DNA from: Anaerolineales bacterium
Lineage (GTDB): Bacteria > Chloroflexota > Anaerolineae > Anaerolineales > UBA4823
Direction of reading: 5' to 3'
Length of the DNA: 64,000 nucleotides
Assembly (NCBI GenBank): GCA_046259385.1
Contig: JBJYWI010000006.1
Location: forward strand, 25,617 to 89,616
Under the pieces are notes generated by a model that had not been told where the DNA came from, searched no databases, and was given only the letters and a program-made list of their open reading frames with translations. Shown one piece after another: positions 51,583 through 61,718 of this stretch. The stretch's first letter is position 1. Every line of letters begins with the position of its first letter. The translations under genes were made by a program, and so were the position numbers.

Positions 51583-52830
51583 ATGTCAGAATTAAATCCA
51601 TTCGCCATAGCTCAAGCTCAGCTGGACGAAGCCGCCAAGGTGCTGCAATTGGACGCTGCCACGCATGAATTGCTGCGCTGGCCGCTGCGCGAATTGCACG
51701 TCACATTGCCAGTAAAAATGGACGATGGCAGCACCCAGGTTTTTCGCGGCTTCCGGGTCCAGTACAACGATGCCCGTGGTCCCACAAAAGGAGGAATTCG
51801 CTACCATCCTGACGAAACGATCGACACTGTCAGAGCGCTTGCTGCCTGGATGACCTGGAAATGTGCAATGGTAGATATCCCCCTGGGAGGCGGTAAAGGC
51901 GGCATTATCTGCAATCCAAGACAGCTTTCACAGGGTGAACTGGAACGCCTCAGCCGGGCATATATCCGTCAGGTCGGCCGTCTGATCGGTATTGAGAAGG
52001 ATGTGCCTGCACCGGATGTATATACAAATCCACAAGTTATGGCCTGGATGATGGACGAATTCTCGTTCCTGAAGGGATACAATGAGTTCGGGGTGATTAC
52101 CGGCAAACCAATTCCCCTGGGTGGTTCTGCAGGGCGCGGCGACGCAACCGCGCGCGGTGGTATCTACACCCTGCGAGAAGCCGGAAAGGCGCTCGGCATC
52201 GAATTGAAGGGCGCAACAACTGCCATCCAGGGATATGGAAACGCAGGCTCGTTCGCCCACAAGCTGGGAGTGGAACTGCTTGGATTAAAGGTTATTGCAG
52301 TCTCCGATTCGAGAGGCGGCATTGTTAATCCAGACGGTCTGGATTACGAATCAGTGTTTACCTTCAAGCAAAAAAATGGAACCGTTGTGGGGTATCCTGG
52401 TACGACTGAGATAACAAACCCGAAACTGCTGGAACTGGATGTCGACGTTTTAATTCCCGCCGCGCTGGAGAGTGTTATCACCCAATCGAATGCAGGGAAT
52501 ATCAAGGCTAAAATAAGCGTTGAACTGGCTAATGGTCCCACAACTCCAGAGGCTGACCAGATACTATTTGAAAACGGTGTCTATGTCATCCCGGATTTTC
52601 TGGCTAACGCCGGTGGTGTTACAGTCTCCTATTTTGAAATGGTCCAGAACGCATATGATTATTACTGGGAGGAGGAAATTATACACGAAAGGCTGGACCG
52701 CAAAATGACCGCGGCTTTCCATTCCATGCACAATACAGCCGAAAAACACAACTTGCACAACCGCCTGGCTGCATATGTCGTTTCTGTAGATAGAGTCGCG
52801 GAAGCCATGCGTCTGCGCGGCTGGGTGTAA
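51583..52830 (+). CDS. gdh: Glutamate dehydrogenase
   Basis: [25 protein letters not shown], 415 aa. AAGGAG lies upstream. Confidence 0.9.
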   Translation: MSELNPFAIAQAQLDEAAKVLQLDAATHELLRWPLRELHVTLPVKMDDGSTQVFRGFRVQYNDARGPTKGGIRYHPDETIDTVRALAAWMTWKCAMVDIPLGGGKGGIICNPRQLSQGELERLSRAYIRQVGRLIGIEKDVPAPDVYTNPQVMAWMMDEFSFLKGYNEFGVITGKPIPLGGSAGRGDATARGGIYTLREAGKALGIELKGATTAIQGYGNAGSFAHKLGVELLGLKVIAVSDSRGGIVNPDGLDYESVFTFKQKNGTVVGYPGTTEITNPKLLELDVDVLIPAALESVITQSNAGNIKAKISVELANGPTTPEADQILFENGVYVIPDFLANAGGVTVSYFEMVQNAYDYYWEEEIIHERLDRKMTAAFHSMHNTAEKHNLHNRLAAYVVSVDRVAEAMRLRGWV

Positions 52831-52867
52831 ACTATCAATTCAAAGTTATTGAATCTTTTATAGATCA

Positions 52868-52981
52868 GAGAGGCTGTCCAAGAAAGGTTGTCACCCTGAG
52901 TGAAACGAAGGATCTCCTAGACTAAATCGGAGATTCTTCACTCCGTTCAGAATGACATTTACCTTTTTTTGGACAGCCTCT
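52868..52981. repeat. About 110-nt nested imperfect palindrome (REP/MITE-like element)
   Basis: Outer arms AGAGGCTGTCCAAGAAAGG / CCTTTTTTTGGACAGCCTCT. Inner arms GTCACCCTGAGTGAAACGAAGGATCTCC(52890-52917) / GGAGATTCTTCACTCCGTTCAGAATGAC(52929-52956). Confidence 0.6.
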
Positions 52982-53381
52982 TGCATTATTCCCATTCCAA
53001 AATACAATTCTTGATTTCCAAAACCGCTCCTTTCTGTTGTGATTTACACAACAGGGAAAAGCGTATCTATTATCGCGAAAAACCCGTGTTTCAAGATCTG
53101 ATAACCGCTCTCTGGGCACGTCTTGTTTTACGGCCCACCTTTGGAAAAAAAGTTTCATCAAATCATCAAATTCTTTATTTCGCATTGCTCTCCAGCTCGC
53201 TGCAGATCTTCAATAATCCTACGTTCTTCCAGCTTTCCGGGTTCACTCAAAAGGTTTTTTATACCGCGCATACAGCAAGCCGGATACTTTCAGAATCCCG
53301 GATTTTTAGTGTGAATGCTTGTCAATTTATCCTCACTCGTTGTATACTCTAACTATCTTAACGCAGGAGAGGACGGCGGTC

Positions 53382-54530
53382 ATGAAAGTAAATGTAAATC
53401 AAGAGAACTTAGCCCATGGTCTCAACATCGTTTCGAGAGCAGTTTCCCCGCGCAGCACCCTTCCGGTCCTGGCAAATGTCCTGGTCGCAACGGATGAAGG
53501 ACGCCTTCGCCTGTCAGCGACCAATCTTGAACTGGGGATCACCTGCTGGATCGGCGCGAAAATTCAAGATGAGGGTTCCACCACAGTACCTGCCCGAACT
53601 TTTACCGACCTGGTAAGTACTCTAGCTCCTGACCTCGCCGTCGAAATGGAACTTAATGTCCGCATGATGTCGCTGTACCTGCGCAGCGGTGCTTCCACCA
53701 CAGAGATCAAATGCATCGATTCGCAGGAATTTCCCCCGGTGCCGGTATCTGAACCGGATGATGGTTTGGAAATCAATGTGGCTGATTTAAAGGAGATGAT
53801 CCATCAAGTTGTATTCGCGGCTTCTATTGATGAAGCCCGTCCGATCCTGACGGGTGTGCTTATCACCGTCGAAGAGGACATGATCACCATGGCTGCCGCA
53901 GATGGATTCCGTCTTTCGGTGCGCAGCGCGCCGTTATCCAGCCCCTCCCCTGGCCCGGTGAATATCGTGGTTCCGGCACGCGCCTTGAGTGAACTTGCCC
54001 GGATCGCCACCGACAAGGATAAGATCGTCCGGATGTACATCCCCGCAGGTCGCGGACAGGTTCTGTTCCGATTGGAGCATGTCGAGCTTGTCTCCCAATT
54101 AATTGAAGGCACCTTCCCGGATTACGAACAGATCATCCCCAAATCCAGTGATACGCGCGCAGTAATATCCACCTCAGAATTCCTCAAAGCCTGCAAACAA
54201 GCCGAGATTTTCGCCCGGGAAGGATCGCACATCGCCCGTCTGGAAATAAAATCCGGAGATGCGCAGTCGCCTGGATTTATCAACATTCGCGGCCAGAGCG
54301 AAGAAACCGGCTCGAACGAGAACAATGTGGACGCTAACATTGAGGGCAACGAATTGACGATAGCCTTCAATGTGCGTTTCTTGAGAGAAGTGCTTGATGT
54401 GATCCGCACCCCGCATGTCATTCTGGAGACCTCAACCGAAACCAGCCCAGGAGTCATTCGTCCAAGCGGAGGAGATGACGGTCAGGGTGAGTTCACCCAC
54501 GTCATAATGCCGATGCACCTCGGCAGCTGA
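53382..54530 (+). CDS. dnaN: DNA polymerase III subunit beta (sliding clamp)
   Basis: MKVNVNQENLAHGLNIVSRAVSPRSTLPVLANVLV.... Promoter-like TTGTCA...TATACT and GGAGAGGA lie upstream. The ORF-track start 53319 was rejected. Confidence 0.9.
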   Translation: MKVNVNQENLAHGLNIVSRAVSPRSTLPVLANVLVATDEGRLRLSATNLELGITCWIGAKIQDEGSTTVPARTFTDLVSTLAPDLAVEMELNVRMMSLYLRSGASTTEIKCIDSQEFPPVPVSEPDDGLEINVADLKEMIHQVVFAASIDEARPILTGVLITVEEDMITMAAADGFRLSVRSAPLSSPSPGPVNIVVPARALSELARIATDKDKIVRMYIPAGRGQVLFRLEHVELVSQLIEGTFPDYEQIIPKSSDTRAVISTSEFLKACKQAEIFAREGSHIARLEIKSGDAQSPGFINIRGQSEETGSNENNVDANIEGNELTIAFNVRFLREVLDVIRTPHVILETSTETSPGVIRPSGGDDGQGEFTHVIMPMHLGS

Positions 54531-54555
54531 CCGGGTTCGCACCCGAATCAGGTTG

Positions 54556-54590
54556 GCACGTTGTTGTTCAAACGTGCTGACTTTTTATTT
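54556..54590 (+). terminator. Rho-independent terminator after dnaN
   Basis: Stem GCACGTT(54556-54562)/AACGTGC(54571-54577), then TGACTTTTTATTT. Confidence 0.6.
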
Positions 54591-54600
54591 CAAAATTAAT

Positions 54601-56979
54601 ATGACTCTGCCTCCTGCTTCGTCTGACCGGACGCTACACATCTATTTATCGCTGGCGCAGTACCCTATTTTACAGACCCAAATCCGAGCACGGATGCGGC
54701 GTGAATTATTCGAACGCGGCGTTCTCTCACCAGAGGATTTTGAAGCCGAGGTGAAGCAAAAGGCGATCCATTCCCAGAGGTTGGAGGTGCTCAATGATCC
54801 TATGGCAGATGAACCTGCCGATATCTGGGAATTGCGCCTTTCACGGGTGCGCGAGCACCTGACTGATTTCTATTTCGCTTACAACCTGCCCTTTGATCTT
54901 TTTAACGAACTTGTCCGCCAGACGTTGGCTGAGCGCGGTGCGATCGCTGAAGACCTGCAGGTTTCATTCAATCCTGAGCTGGCTCCCCAAAACATGCTTT
55001 TTGAGCAGGCGGTGGCGATTGAGAATATACCGCCTGCGGATCGCAAACATCTTCAAGCCCGCCTGCAGGAAATTAAGGTCGTGCTGATTCGGACAATGAT
55101 CAGCGACCAGCTCGCATACGTAAAGATTGCTAAAGACTGGTTCACAATCGATGACCTGAATGAAATCCGCACGCACAAGATCGGGCACGGCAAAATTGGC
55201 GGAAAAGCAGCCGGAATGCTTTTAGCTTACCGCATCCTCAACGAGGTTGGAGATGAAACCATCAGGGACGCCATATCAATACCTGAATCTTATTTTATCG
55301 GCGCAGACCTGCTCTATAACTTCATGGCTCTAAATAATTTGATGCACTGGGCTGATCAGAAATATAAAACTGAAGGGGAAATCCGGTCGGATTTTCCTCA
55401 ATTGAAGGCTGAATTTTCAGCAGGACAGCTTCCTCCGGAGACCCGCGAAGCCTTGATGATTATGCTTGTGAGTATCGGGCGTAATCCGATTATCGTCCGT
55501 TCTTCCAGTCTGCTGGAGGATAACTTTGGGACTTCCTTTGCCGGAAAATATGATAGCTATTTCTGTCCCAACCAGGGCACACTGGATGAGAACCTGGAAG
55601 ACCTGACCATGGCGATTAAGAAAATTTATGCCAGCAGCCTGAACCCGAATGCCCTGCTTTACCGCCAGACCAGAGACCTGATTGATTATGACGAGCGCAT
55701 GGCGGTGCTAATTCAGACCGTGCAGGGCGACATTGCTGGGCGTTATTTTTTGCCCCATGCAGCTGGTGTTGCCTTCAGTCGGAACCTGTACCGCTGGTCG
55801 CCTCAAATCCGCCGGGAAGATGGTTTCCTGCGCCTGGTTTGGGGGTTGGGGACCCGGGCGGTTGATCGGGTGGGGAACGACTACCCGCGCCTGGTCGCAC
55901 TCAGCCACCCCCACCTGCACCCAGAGGTGTCATCCAGAGATACCCGCCGCTATTCCCAACGCTTTGTTGACCTGATTGATCTCGAAGACAATAAATTCAA
56001 ATCGCTGCCGATTGACGAAGCTATTGACCCGGGCGATCAGATTACACGCTACATCGCCCAGGTTGATCAGGACGGATATCTCGCGCCTTTGCGGATAACA
56101 ATGCCGGATGAGCTTGAGAAGAAACTGGTAATTACCTTCGATGGCCTTTTCCGCCGGACCGATCTCGCGATACTTTTTACCCGGATACTGCAGACTCTCG
56201 AAAAACATTATTGTTCACCAGTAGATACGGAGTTCACAGTACATATTGAAGATCCCGCCTCTGCAAGGCCGGAGGTAAGAATTGCCCTGCTCCAGTGCCG
56301 CCCGCTCAGTTACCTCCAGGAAATTAACGCTCGCATTCCGGCAAATTTGAAGGAGAAGCATATCATTTTCAGGACCAAACGCATGGCGCCCCAGGGGCGT
56401 GTTAGCGCGATCCGGTATATCTTGTATGTATCCCCGGAAAAATACTTCTCACTGGAGACACTGGCAGCCCGAGGTGAAGTTGGCCGCACTATCGGGCGCC
56501 TGAACGCTGCTCTTGCAAAAGAGACTTTTATTTGCATTGGTCCCGGCAGGTGGGGTTCGATTAATCCTGACTTGGGCGTCCCGGTAAGTTACGCTGACAT
56601 CTACAACACCCGGGCGCTGGTCGAAATCACCGGCCCCAGTATAGGCCCCGCTCCGGAAGCATCCTTTGGAACCCATTTCTTTCAGGACCTTGTCGAATCG
56701 AATATATACCCTCTGGCGGTGTACCTCAATGACAACGATGCCCTGTTCAGAAAAGCCTTTTTCGATAATGCTCCCAACTCAATGGAACAGTTTATCCCTG
56801 AATCAAAAACAATTGGAGGCTGCCTTACTCTGGTCGATATAACATCTTATCGTCCAGGTTATAAGCTGGAACTTGTAATGGACGACGAGCAGACTCTGAC
56901 TGTCGCCTTCCTGAAAAAAGACGGCTCCGAATTTGAATATCCGGATAGCTACCGTCCTAATATACTTGCCCAAGGTTAA
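54601..56979 (+). CDS. PEP/pyruvate-binding (PPDK_N, ATP-grasp) domain protein with unrecognised N- and C-terminal regions
   Basis: IGGKAAGMLLAYRIL and IVRSSSLLEDNFGTSFAGKYDSYF. No swivel phospho-His motif was recognised by eye. Confidence 0.7.
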   Translation: MTLPPASSDRTLHIYLSLAQYPILQTQIRARMRRELFERGVLSPEDFEAEVKQKAIHSQRLEVLNDPMADEPADIWELRLSRVREHLTDFYFAYNLPFDLFNELVRQTLAERGAIAEDLQVSFNPELAPQNMLFEQAVAIENIPPADRKHLQARLQEIKVVLIRTMISDQLAYVKIAKDWFTIDDLNEIRTHKIGHGKIGGKAAGMLLAYRILNEVGDETIRDAISIPESYFIGADLLYNFMALNNLMHWADQKYKTEGEIRSDFPQLKAEFSAGQLPPETREALMIMLVSIGRNPIIVRSSSLLEDNFGTSFAGKYDSYFCPNQGTLDENLEDLTMAIKKIYASSLNPNALLYRQTRDLIDYDERMAVLIQTVQGDIAGRYFLPHAAGVAFSRNLYRWSPQIRREDGFLRLVWGLGTRAVDRVGNDYPRLVALSHPHLHPEVSSRDTRRYSQRFVDLIDLEDNKFKSLPIDEAIDPGDQITRYIAQVDQDGYLAPLRITMPDELEKKLVITFDGLFRRTDLAILFTRILQTLEKHYCSPVDTEFTVHIEDPASARPEVRIALLQCRPLSYLQEINARIPANLKEKHIIFRTKRMAPQGRVSAIRYILYVSPEKYFSLETLAARGEVGRTIGRLNAALAKETFICIGPGRWGSINPDLGVPVSYADIYNTRALVEITGPSIGPAPEASFGTHFFQDLVESNIYPLAVYLNDNDALFRKAFFDNAPNSMEQFIPESKTIGGCLTLVDITSYRPGYKLELVMDDEQTLTVAFLKKDGSEFEYPDSYRPNILAQG

Positions 56980-56987
56980 TCGCTCAA

Positions 56988-57653
56988 ATGGATTCGCATA
57001 TTTCCAAAAAATTTATTGCTGTTGCTGGCAATATTGGGGTCGGAAAATCATCCCTCGTCAACCTGCTCTCCGACCGCCTAGTATGGCAGCCATTTTACGA
57101 ACCGGTCTCAGAGAATCCTTACCTGCAGGATTTCTACAAGGATATGCGCACATGGGCATTTCACTCCCAAATTTACTTCCTGACCAAGCGACTGCGCACA
57201 CATCGGAAACTGATTGATTATCCCGGTCCCGCTATCCAGGACCGGACTGTCTATGAGGATGCCGAGATTTTTGCGCGCAATCTCTTCCGAAACGGGCATA
57301 TCAACAAGCGCGATTACAATGCCTACTGCGAGCTGTACCAGGTGCTGACAGAGTTCCTGCCGCCCCCAGACCTGGTCATTTACCTGCGAGCCACAGTGAG
57401 CACACTCATGGAGCGCATACGCCGGCGCGGGCGTGATTACGAACAGAAAATTGACCCGGAATACCTGGAGCAGCTGAATAAGCTGTATGAAGAATGGATC
57501 GCTGGATTTAATTTGTGCCCGGTATTGACAGTGCCGGTAGATCAGCTAAACTACGTCTCTAACCCGCGCCACCTCGATCTGATAGAGCGGAAAGTGCTTG
57601 AGAAGCTGATGGGAAAAGAGGAGGTGGTCTTTGACCGGGCGGAGGTCGAATGA
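56988..57653 (+). CDS. Deoxynucleoside kinase
   Basis: IAVAGNIGVGKSSL P-loop, FYEPVSENPYLQDFY and the DRTVYED motif. Confidence 0.85.
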   Translation: MDSHISKKFIAVAGNIGVGKSSLVNLLSDRLVWQPFYEPVSENPYLQDFYKDMRTWAFHSQIYFLTKRLRTHRKLIDYPGPAIQDRTVYEDAEIFARNLFRNGHINKRDYNAYCELYQVLTEFLPPPDLVIYLRATVSTLMERIRRRGRDYEQKIDPEYLEQLNKLYEEWIAGFNLCPVLTVPVDQLNYVSNPRHLDLIERKVLEKLMGKEEVVFDRAEVE

Positions 57654-57706
57654 CGCGGGGTGTAATTAATCACGCATCGTACGAACTTGCTCCGAATATT
57701 GTTACT

Positions 57707-58081
57707 TCAAAAAGCCGCCAGGGCTTCCCCCCTGTCTTCAAAGATATCGAATAGGCTATCAAAACTGGCGATATTCAACACCCCCCGGATTTGTGGCTTT
57801 GGATTAAGAAGTTTCAGGTGTTCCGACTTTCCGACTCCACCAGCCTCCCCACCCCCTTCTTCGTCTTCCAGCATCTTTGATATACCCAGTAGCGCTCGTA
57901 ATCCAGCGCTGGTGAGCGAAACCACTTCGCTCAAATCGATAAGCAGGTTGCGCATTCCCCCTTCATAATACTCCCTGGCTTCATCTTCCAGTTCGCCTAC
58001 CGTTCCAAGGTTGATCATACCGCTGACTGTAAAAACGGTAACAGTTACCCGGGCGCTCTCCTGTGTTACGCTGATTTTCAT
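57707..58081 (-). CDS. STAS-domain protein (anti-sigma-factor antagonist-like)
   Basis: LLIDLSEVVSLTSAGLRALL pattern, 124 aa. Confidence 0.75.
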   Translation of the reverse strand: MKISVTQESARVTVTVFTVSGMINLGTVGELEDEAREYYEGGMRNLLIDLSEVVSLTSAGLRALLGISKMLEDEEGGGEAGGVGKSEHLKLLNPKPQIRGVLNIASFDSLFDIFEDRGEALAAF

Positions 58082-58319
58082 CTATTTCCTCACTTTGGTA
58101 ATGGGCTGAAATTTATCAATAAATTATACACATAAAGCCTGGATTGAACGGCACTGCTCAAGGTGGTCGCTTCAGACTTTGCACATGCGCAGCCGTTTAA
58201 GTTACGGGTTGAACGATTTTTATCCCGTTTGGATAAAAGGCAACCTTTATGAGGGATTTCCCCGCAAGGATAGTTACAGGCTTTCTTGTCCCAACATCAC
58301 AGAGATTGCGCGGGGGAAT

Positions 58320-59915
58320 TTAATTCCCCTTTGTGCAAATTGTACGGCTCTCGGGGATGATCTGAAAATCATACGGTTGGTTATAAGTCGAAAAAAGACT
58401 GTTGTCTTCCAGGATTTCGAAATCACCGTCAAAATAAAGGTTAAAAATTGTTCTAAAATTGTTGACCGGAGATATGCTGTTATAAATCCGGTCATTTCCT
58501 TCACCGGGGAGATAATATGCGTTAAGGATATTCACACGCGTATCAGGCTGAGATTTGACAGCGCCGTGGTCGGCTTGCAGGATGATAATCGGTTCAGGGT
58601 CAGATTGACGGATAATTTCCTGAAGAACTGGCAGGATTTTACGATTAATAAAACTGACCTGATCTTTATATCCCTGATAATATGGTTTGTCATAATCCAC
58701 AAAATCTCCATCTGGTTCGAACACAAAAGGACCATGCGGGATGACCATATGGGTAAATACAAATTTCGGTCCATCTACTTCAGGAAGGTTTTCCAGCTGT
58801 TCAAGAACATACAGTATTCGTTCATAGTGGATTCTATTTGGGTTATTTAGATCTGGTTGCAGGATCTCAGGCAGCAAAGCCGCACCGTCAATAACAATCC
58901 GGGCGAGCGAATTGCGAAGTACAAGCAGCTCGAATTCGTTGATACCGCTGAACAATCTGTCCGCTATTAATCCTCCTTTTCGTGGAGACAGATAGATATC
59001 AGCGTCTTCCCACTGGGTGATATTGAATCCCGTCTCAAATGCAACTATCTGGTATCCCATGCTCTCTAATATGTTCCGCACCCTATTGTCCTGGATAAGC
59101 TCCTTGATGCCTGCCCGGCTGGTATTGCCAGGTTTATAGTTATCTCCCAGCGCCTCGAGGTAGTTCATGTTTAGACTTGAAGATAAGGAAAGGCTGGTCT
59201 GGGCGTAATTGCTGCGGGAACAGGTTCCAATAAAGAAACCCGAATTTTCAAGATCCATAAGGAACTGGCTGTTATCAAATTCAAACTCACCTAAGAGTAT
59301 GTCATCGCGTGCATAGGCATCAAGGATAATCAAGTAGATATCAGGCAACTGTCCATTCGAGTGCTCCTGAGCAGGCACTGTATCTTCATATTGTTCCTCA
59401 ATGCCACTTTTGGAGATATAACTGCTGAATTCAAACCTGCCTATTTGGATTAGAGGGATGATTAAAGCCGTTACTGCGATGATATTTAACAATCCATTTA
59501 GAGATTCGGTGGCAACTTTTTTCTTCAGGATAATGAATAAACCTGCAGCAAACAATACCACCCATATCAAAAGCAGGACCCGGTGTTTACCCAGAAGAGC
59601 GCCCAATTCCTGGGAGGATTTTAGAAGATTGTAAAAATGCCCGTAGGTGAAAAAAAGGATAATCGCCATGCTGGTAATCAGGGCGGCTTTATCACGATCC
59701 TGTACTAACATGACAAGAACATAATATAAAAAAACACTGATAAATACCGAGACAATAAGCGCTCGAAAAGCTGTATCGAACCTGATCTCTTCAACATTGC
59801 TGCCGAAAAGGGCAAGTACCGGGTAAGCAGCGAAAAGAAAAGGGTAAAAGTGTTTATCCAGTAACCTTTTCAAATTTGCGGCTCTCCAAGAGGAAGATTG
59901 TTCGAAGCGTGCCAT
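58320..59915 (-). CDS. Membrane-anchored sulfatase-like (alkaline-phosphatase superfamily) hydrolase/transferase
   Basis: About 5 N-terminal TM helices, DIYLIILDAYARDD metal-ligand context, and ILQADHG near the C-terminus. Confidence 0.65.
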   Translation of the reverse strand: MARFEQSSSWRAANLKRLLDKHFYPFLFAAYPVLALFGSNVEEIRFDTAFRALIVSVFISVFLYYVLVMLVQDRDKAALITSMAIILFFTYGHFYNLLKSSQELGALLGKHRVLLLIWVVLFAAGLFIILKKKVATESLNGLLNIIAVTALIIPLIQIGRFEFSSYISKSGIEEQYEDTVPAQEHSNGQLPDIYLIILDAYARDDILLGEFEFDNSQFLMDLENSGFFIGTCSRSNYAQTSLSLSSSLNMNYLEALGDNYKPGNTSRAGIKELIQDNRVRNILESMGYQIVAFETGFNITQWEDADIYLSPRKGGLIADRLFSGINEFELLVLRNSLARIVIDGAALLPEILQPDLNNPNRIHYERILYVLEQLENLPEVDGPKFVFTHMVIPHGPFVFEPDGDFVDYDKPYYQGYKDQVSFINRKILPVLQEIIRQSDPEPIIILQADHGAVKSQPDTRVNILNAYYLPGEGNDRIYNSISPVNNFRTIFNLYFDGDFEILEDNSLFSTYNQPYDFQIIPESRTICTKGN

Positions 59916-61257
59916 TTATCTCAAATTTCTGGTGGATTTGAAAGAAAACCGAAAACGCACTTTCAAAATTAGCTAGGTCGTAATCAGGGAAGACATCTTC
60001 TCGTGATACAAGAAGTTTTTGAACCTGAGAATCTTCTTTCGGCACAAATTCAATCACAAGCCAGCGGCCTAGATGTTGAAAGAATTCAGCAATTTTTATC
60101 AACGGTACGTTATTCGAAATCGCCAGATGGTGGATTAATGCCAGAGCAAATACAGCTTCTGCGGGAGCACGCCGTTTCAAGCTTTCCCTTTCACTGTTGT
60201 CCCAGCCCATATCTGGACTTGGGTTTGTGAGATCAAGCAGCAATGGAAGCAGGTTGGTCTCATTTTCTTCCAGGCAATTCTGATAATTAAGTTCAACCGC
60301 TGCAGGTTCATTGTCTATCGAAATTGTAGGGATTCCCATGCGGCTTGCTATTCGGCTGTATCGACCAAGATTGGCTCCCAAATCCCACATACTTTCAGGC
60401 GATACTCTGTCAAGAATCGTGGCGATAATATCTTCTTTGCTTTTTTCGCTCTGCTGAGAATAATTTGATGTTTCGTAGTAATCTGTCCAGCCGCCCTTGG
60501 ATGGCGACCAGCGCAGTCGGTTAACCGCTCTCTCCAGACTATCGATTAACCCCTGCATTCCCGTTCTGGACATCTTCCGGGAAGAATCAATGGATCTGCC
60601 TGCAAATCGCTTTTCACTCGAAGCGTGCAGCATGATATGAATCTGCGCAGGAAAGGAAAGCCTGGCTCGAAACGGCAATAACCTGGCTGCGAGATCCAGC
60701 GGAACGCCGTCTATGTAAACTCTAAAAAGCTGGCTCAAGCGGACATCTTTGTATGCCATTAGGTATAGCGGCGCCAGGAAATGTTTGCAGAACTGCCGGT
60801 ATGCTATCCACGGTTGGCCCTCTTTGTATATCTGGAAAGAGAGTGAGTCAATTAGAACAGGTTTGCCTTTATGGAATTGAATATTAAATGCGCTGCTATC
60901 CTTCAGGACCATATCGTGTTCAAGTGCTTTGGTTTGAATTTTTAATGTCGCCAGAGCAGCGTCTTTCAGCTGGCTGAAGCACCATTCATATGGATATGAG
61001 ATAAAATCAATTGTTTCTGGTTGTATGACTTTGTAGCATTCATCAGGTAGATTCTCCCACTTTGGAACTTCACGGTGAGGTATGAGCAGTTTTTCAGAGA
61101 CCAGCTCATCATATAGGCCAGTGTTTATTAGCCTTTCGAAATCTTCCTTATAGATTGAATTTACCTGTCGATATAGGACTCCCCCTTCAACAAAGAGATA
61201 TCCGCTCGGGTCTCGAAACGAAGCCCCCAGATACTGGTGGAAATTCGAGGAATCCAT
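59854..61257 (-). CDS. Class I SAM-dependent methyltransferase with a large N-terminal domain
   Basis: MWDLGANLGRYS (motif I-like) in the C-terminal half. The N-terminal domain is unrecognised. Confidence 0.6.
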   Translation of the reverse strand: MDSSNFHQYLGASFRDPSGYLFVEGGVLYRQVNSIYKEDFERLINTGLYDELVSEKLLIPHREVPKWENLPDECYKVIQPETIDFISYPYEWCFSQLKDAALATLKIQTKALEHDMVLKDSSAFNIQFHKGKPVLIDSLSFQIYKEGQPWIAYRQFCKHFLAPLYLMAYKDVRLSQLFRVYIDGVPLDLAARLLPFRARLSFPAQIHIMLHASSEKRFAGRSIDSSRKMSRTGMQGLIDSLERAVNRLRWSPSKGGWTDYYETSNYSQQSEKSKEDIIATILDRVSPESMWDLGANLGRYSRIASRMGIPTISIDNEPAAVELNYQNCLEENETNLLPLLLDLTNPSPDMGWDNSERESLKRRAPAEAVFALALIHHLAISNNVPLIKIAEFFQHLGRWLVIEFVPKEDSQVQKLLVSREDVFPDYDLANFESAFSVFFQIHQKFEINGTLRTIFLLESRKFEKVTG

Positions 61258-61262
61258 TACGC

Positions 61263-61478
61263 TCAGTCTTTGTTGTTATCCCTTGTGAAGAGATTACGAA
61301 AGAATGAGATTATTTTGTTCCAGTATCTGCGCATCAAAAATAAACCGCCCAACAGCGATGCAACAATCAATTGTAGAATAAAACTGCCAGAACCAGGGTC
61401 AAGATAAGCATGTTCCCGAAGCGCTGGCATAAGCCCTCTTACAGTCGAGACGATTATGTATTCGTAAAGAAATTGCAT
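61263..61478 (-). CDS. Small hydrophobic protein
   Basis: YLDPGSGSFILQLIVASLLGGLFL followed by a basic tail. Only 5 nt separate its stop from the methyltransferase start. Confidence 0.4.
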   Translation of the reverse strand: MQFLYEYIIVSTVRGLMPALREHAYLDPGSGSFILQLIVASLLGGLFLMRRYWNKIISFFRNLFTRDNNKD

Positions 61479-61718
61479 CTCTAAACTTTTTTTAACTCCT
61501 TGTCCTATTGTGGGGCTGCGGTTCAGCCAAGATATCTAGTAACTAGATTATATACCCAAGTCTAGATCCCAAAAATTTTCGAGGCCTTTTCGTATACAAA
61601 TTAAATTCATTTGCGTTCAATAGATAACAATTAAAATTTTGTTTTCTTAATATTGCAACAACCATAAATACAGGTCATGGCTATTTGTGAACACAGATAA
61701 TTTAATTTTACACCTGAT

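Noticed and set aside
52985-53300. Minus-strand peptide fragments in two frames (MRGIKNLLSEPGKLEERRIIEDLQRAGEQ... and MRNKEFDDLMKLFFQRWAVKQDVPRERLSDLETRVF...), considered as a frameshifted small gene such as an antitoxin remnant
   Set aside because: I could not assign either fragment to a family. The longer ORF runs into the palindromic repeat. It may be a decayed gene, but the evidence is too weak to annotate.
52831-53381. Possible oriC or DnaA-box cluster upstream of dnaN
   Set aside because: I found no TTATCCACA/TGTGGATAA-like boxes by eye in this region. It contains the palindromic element and degraded ORF fragments instead. A formal DnaA-box scan is still advisable.
58179-58850. 223-aa plus-strand ORF
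   Set aside because: It is antisense to the sulfatase-like gene, which has TM helices and metal-ligand motifs. It arises from the low stop-codon density of that frame in AT-rich DNA.
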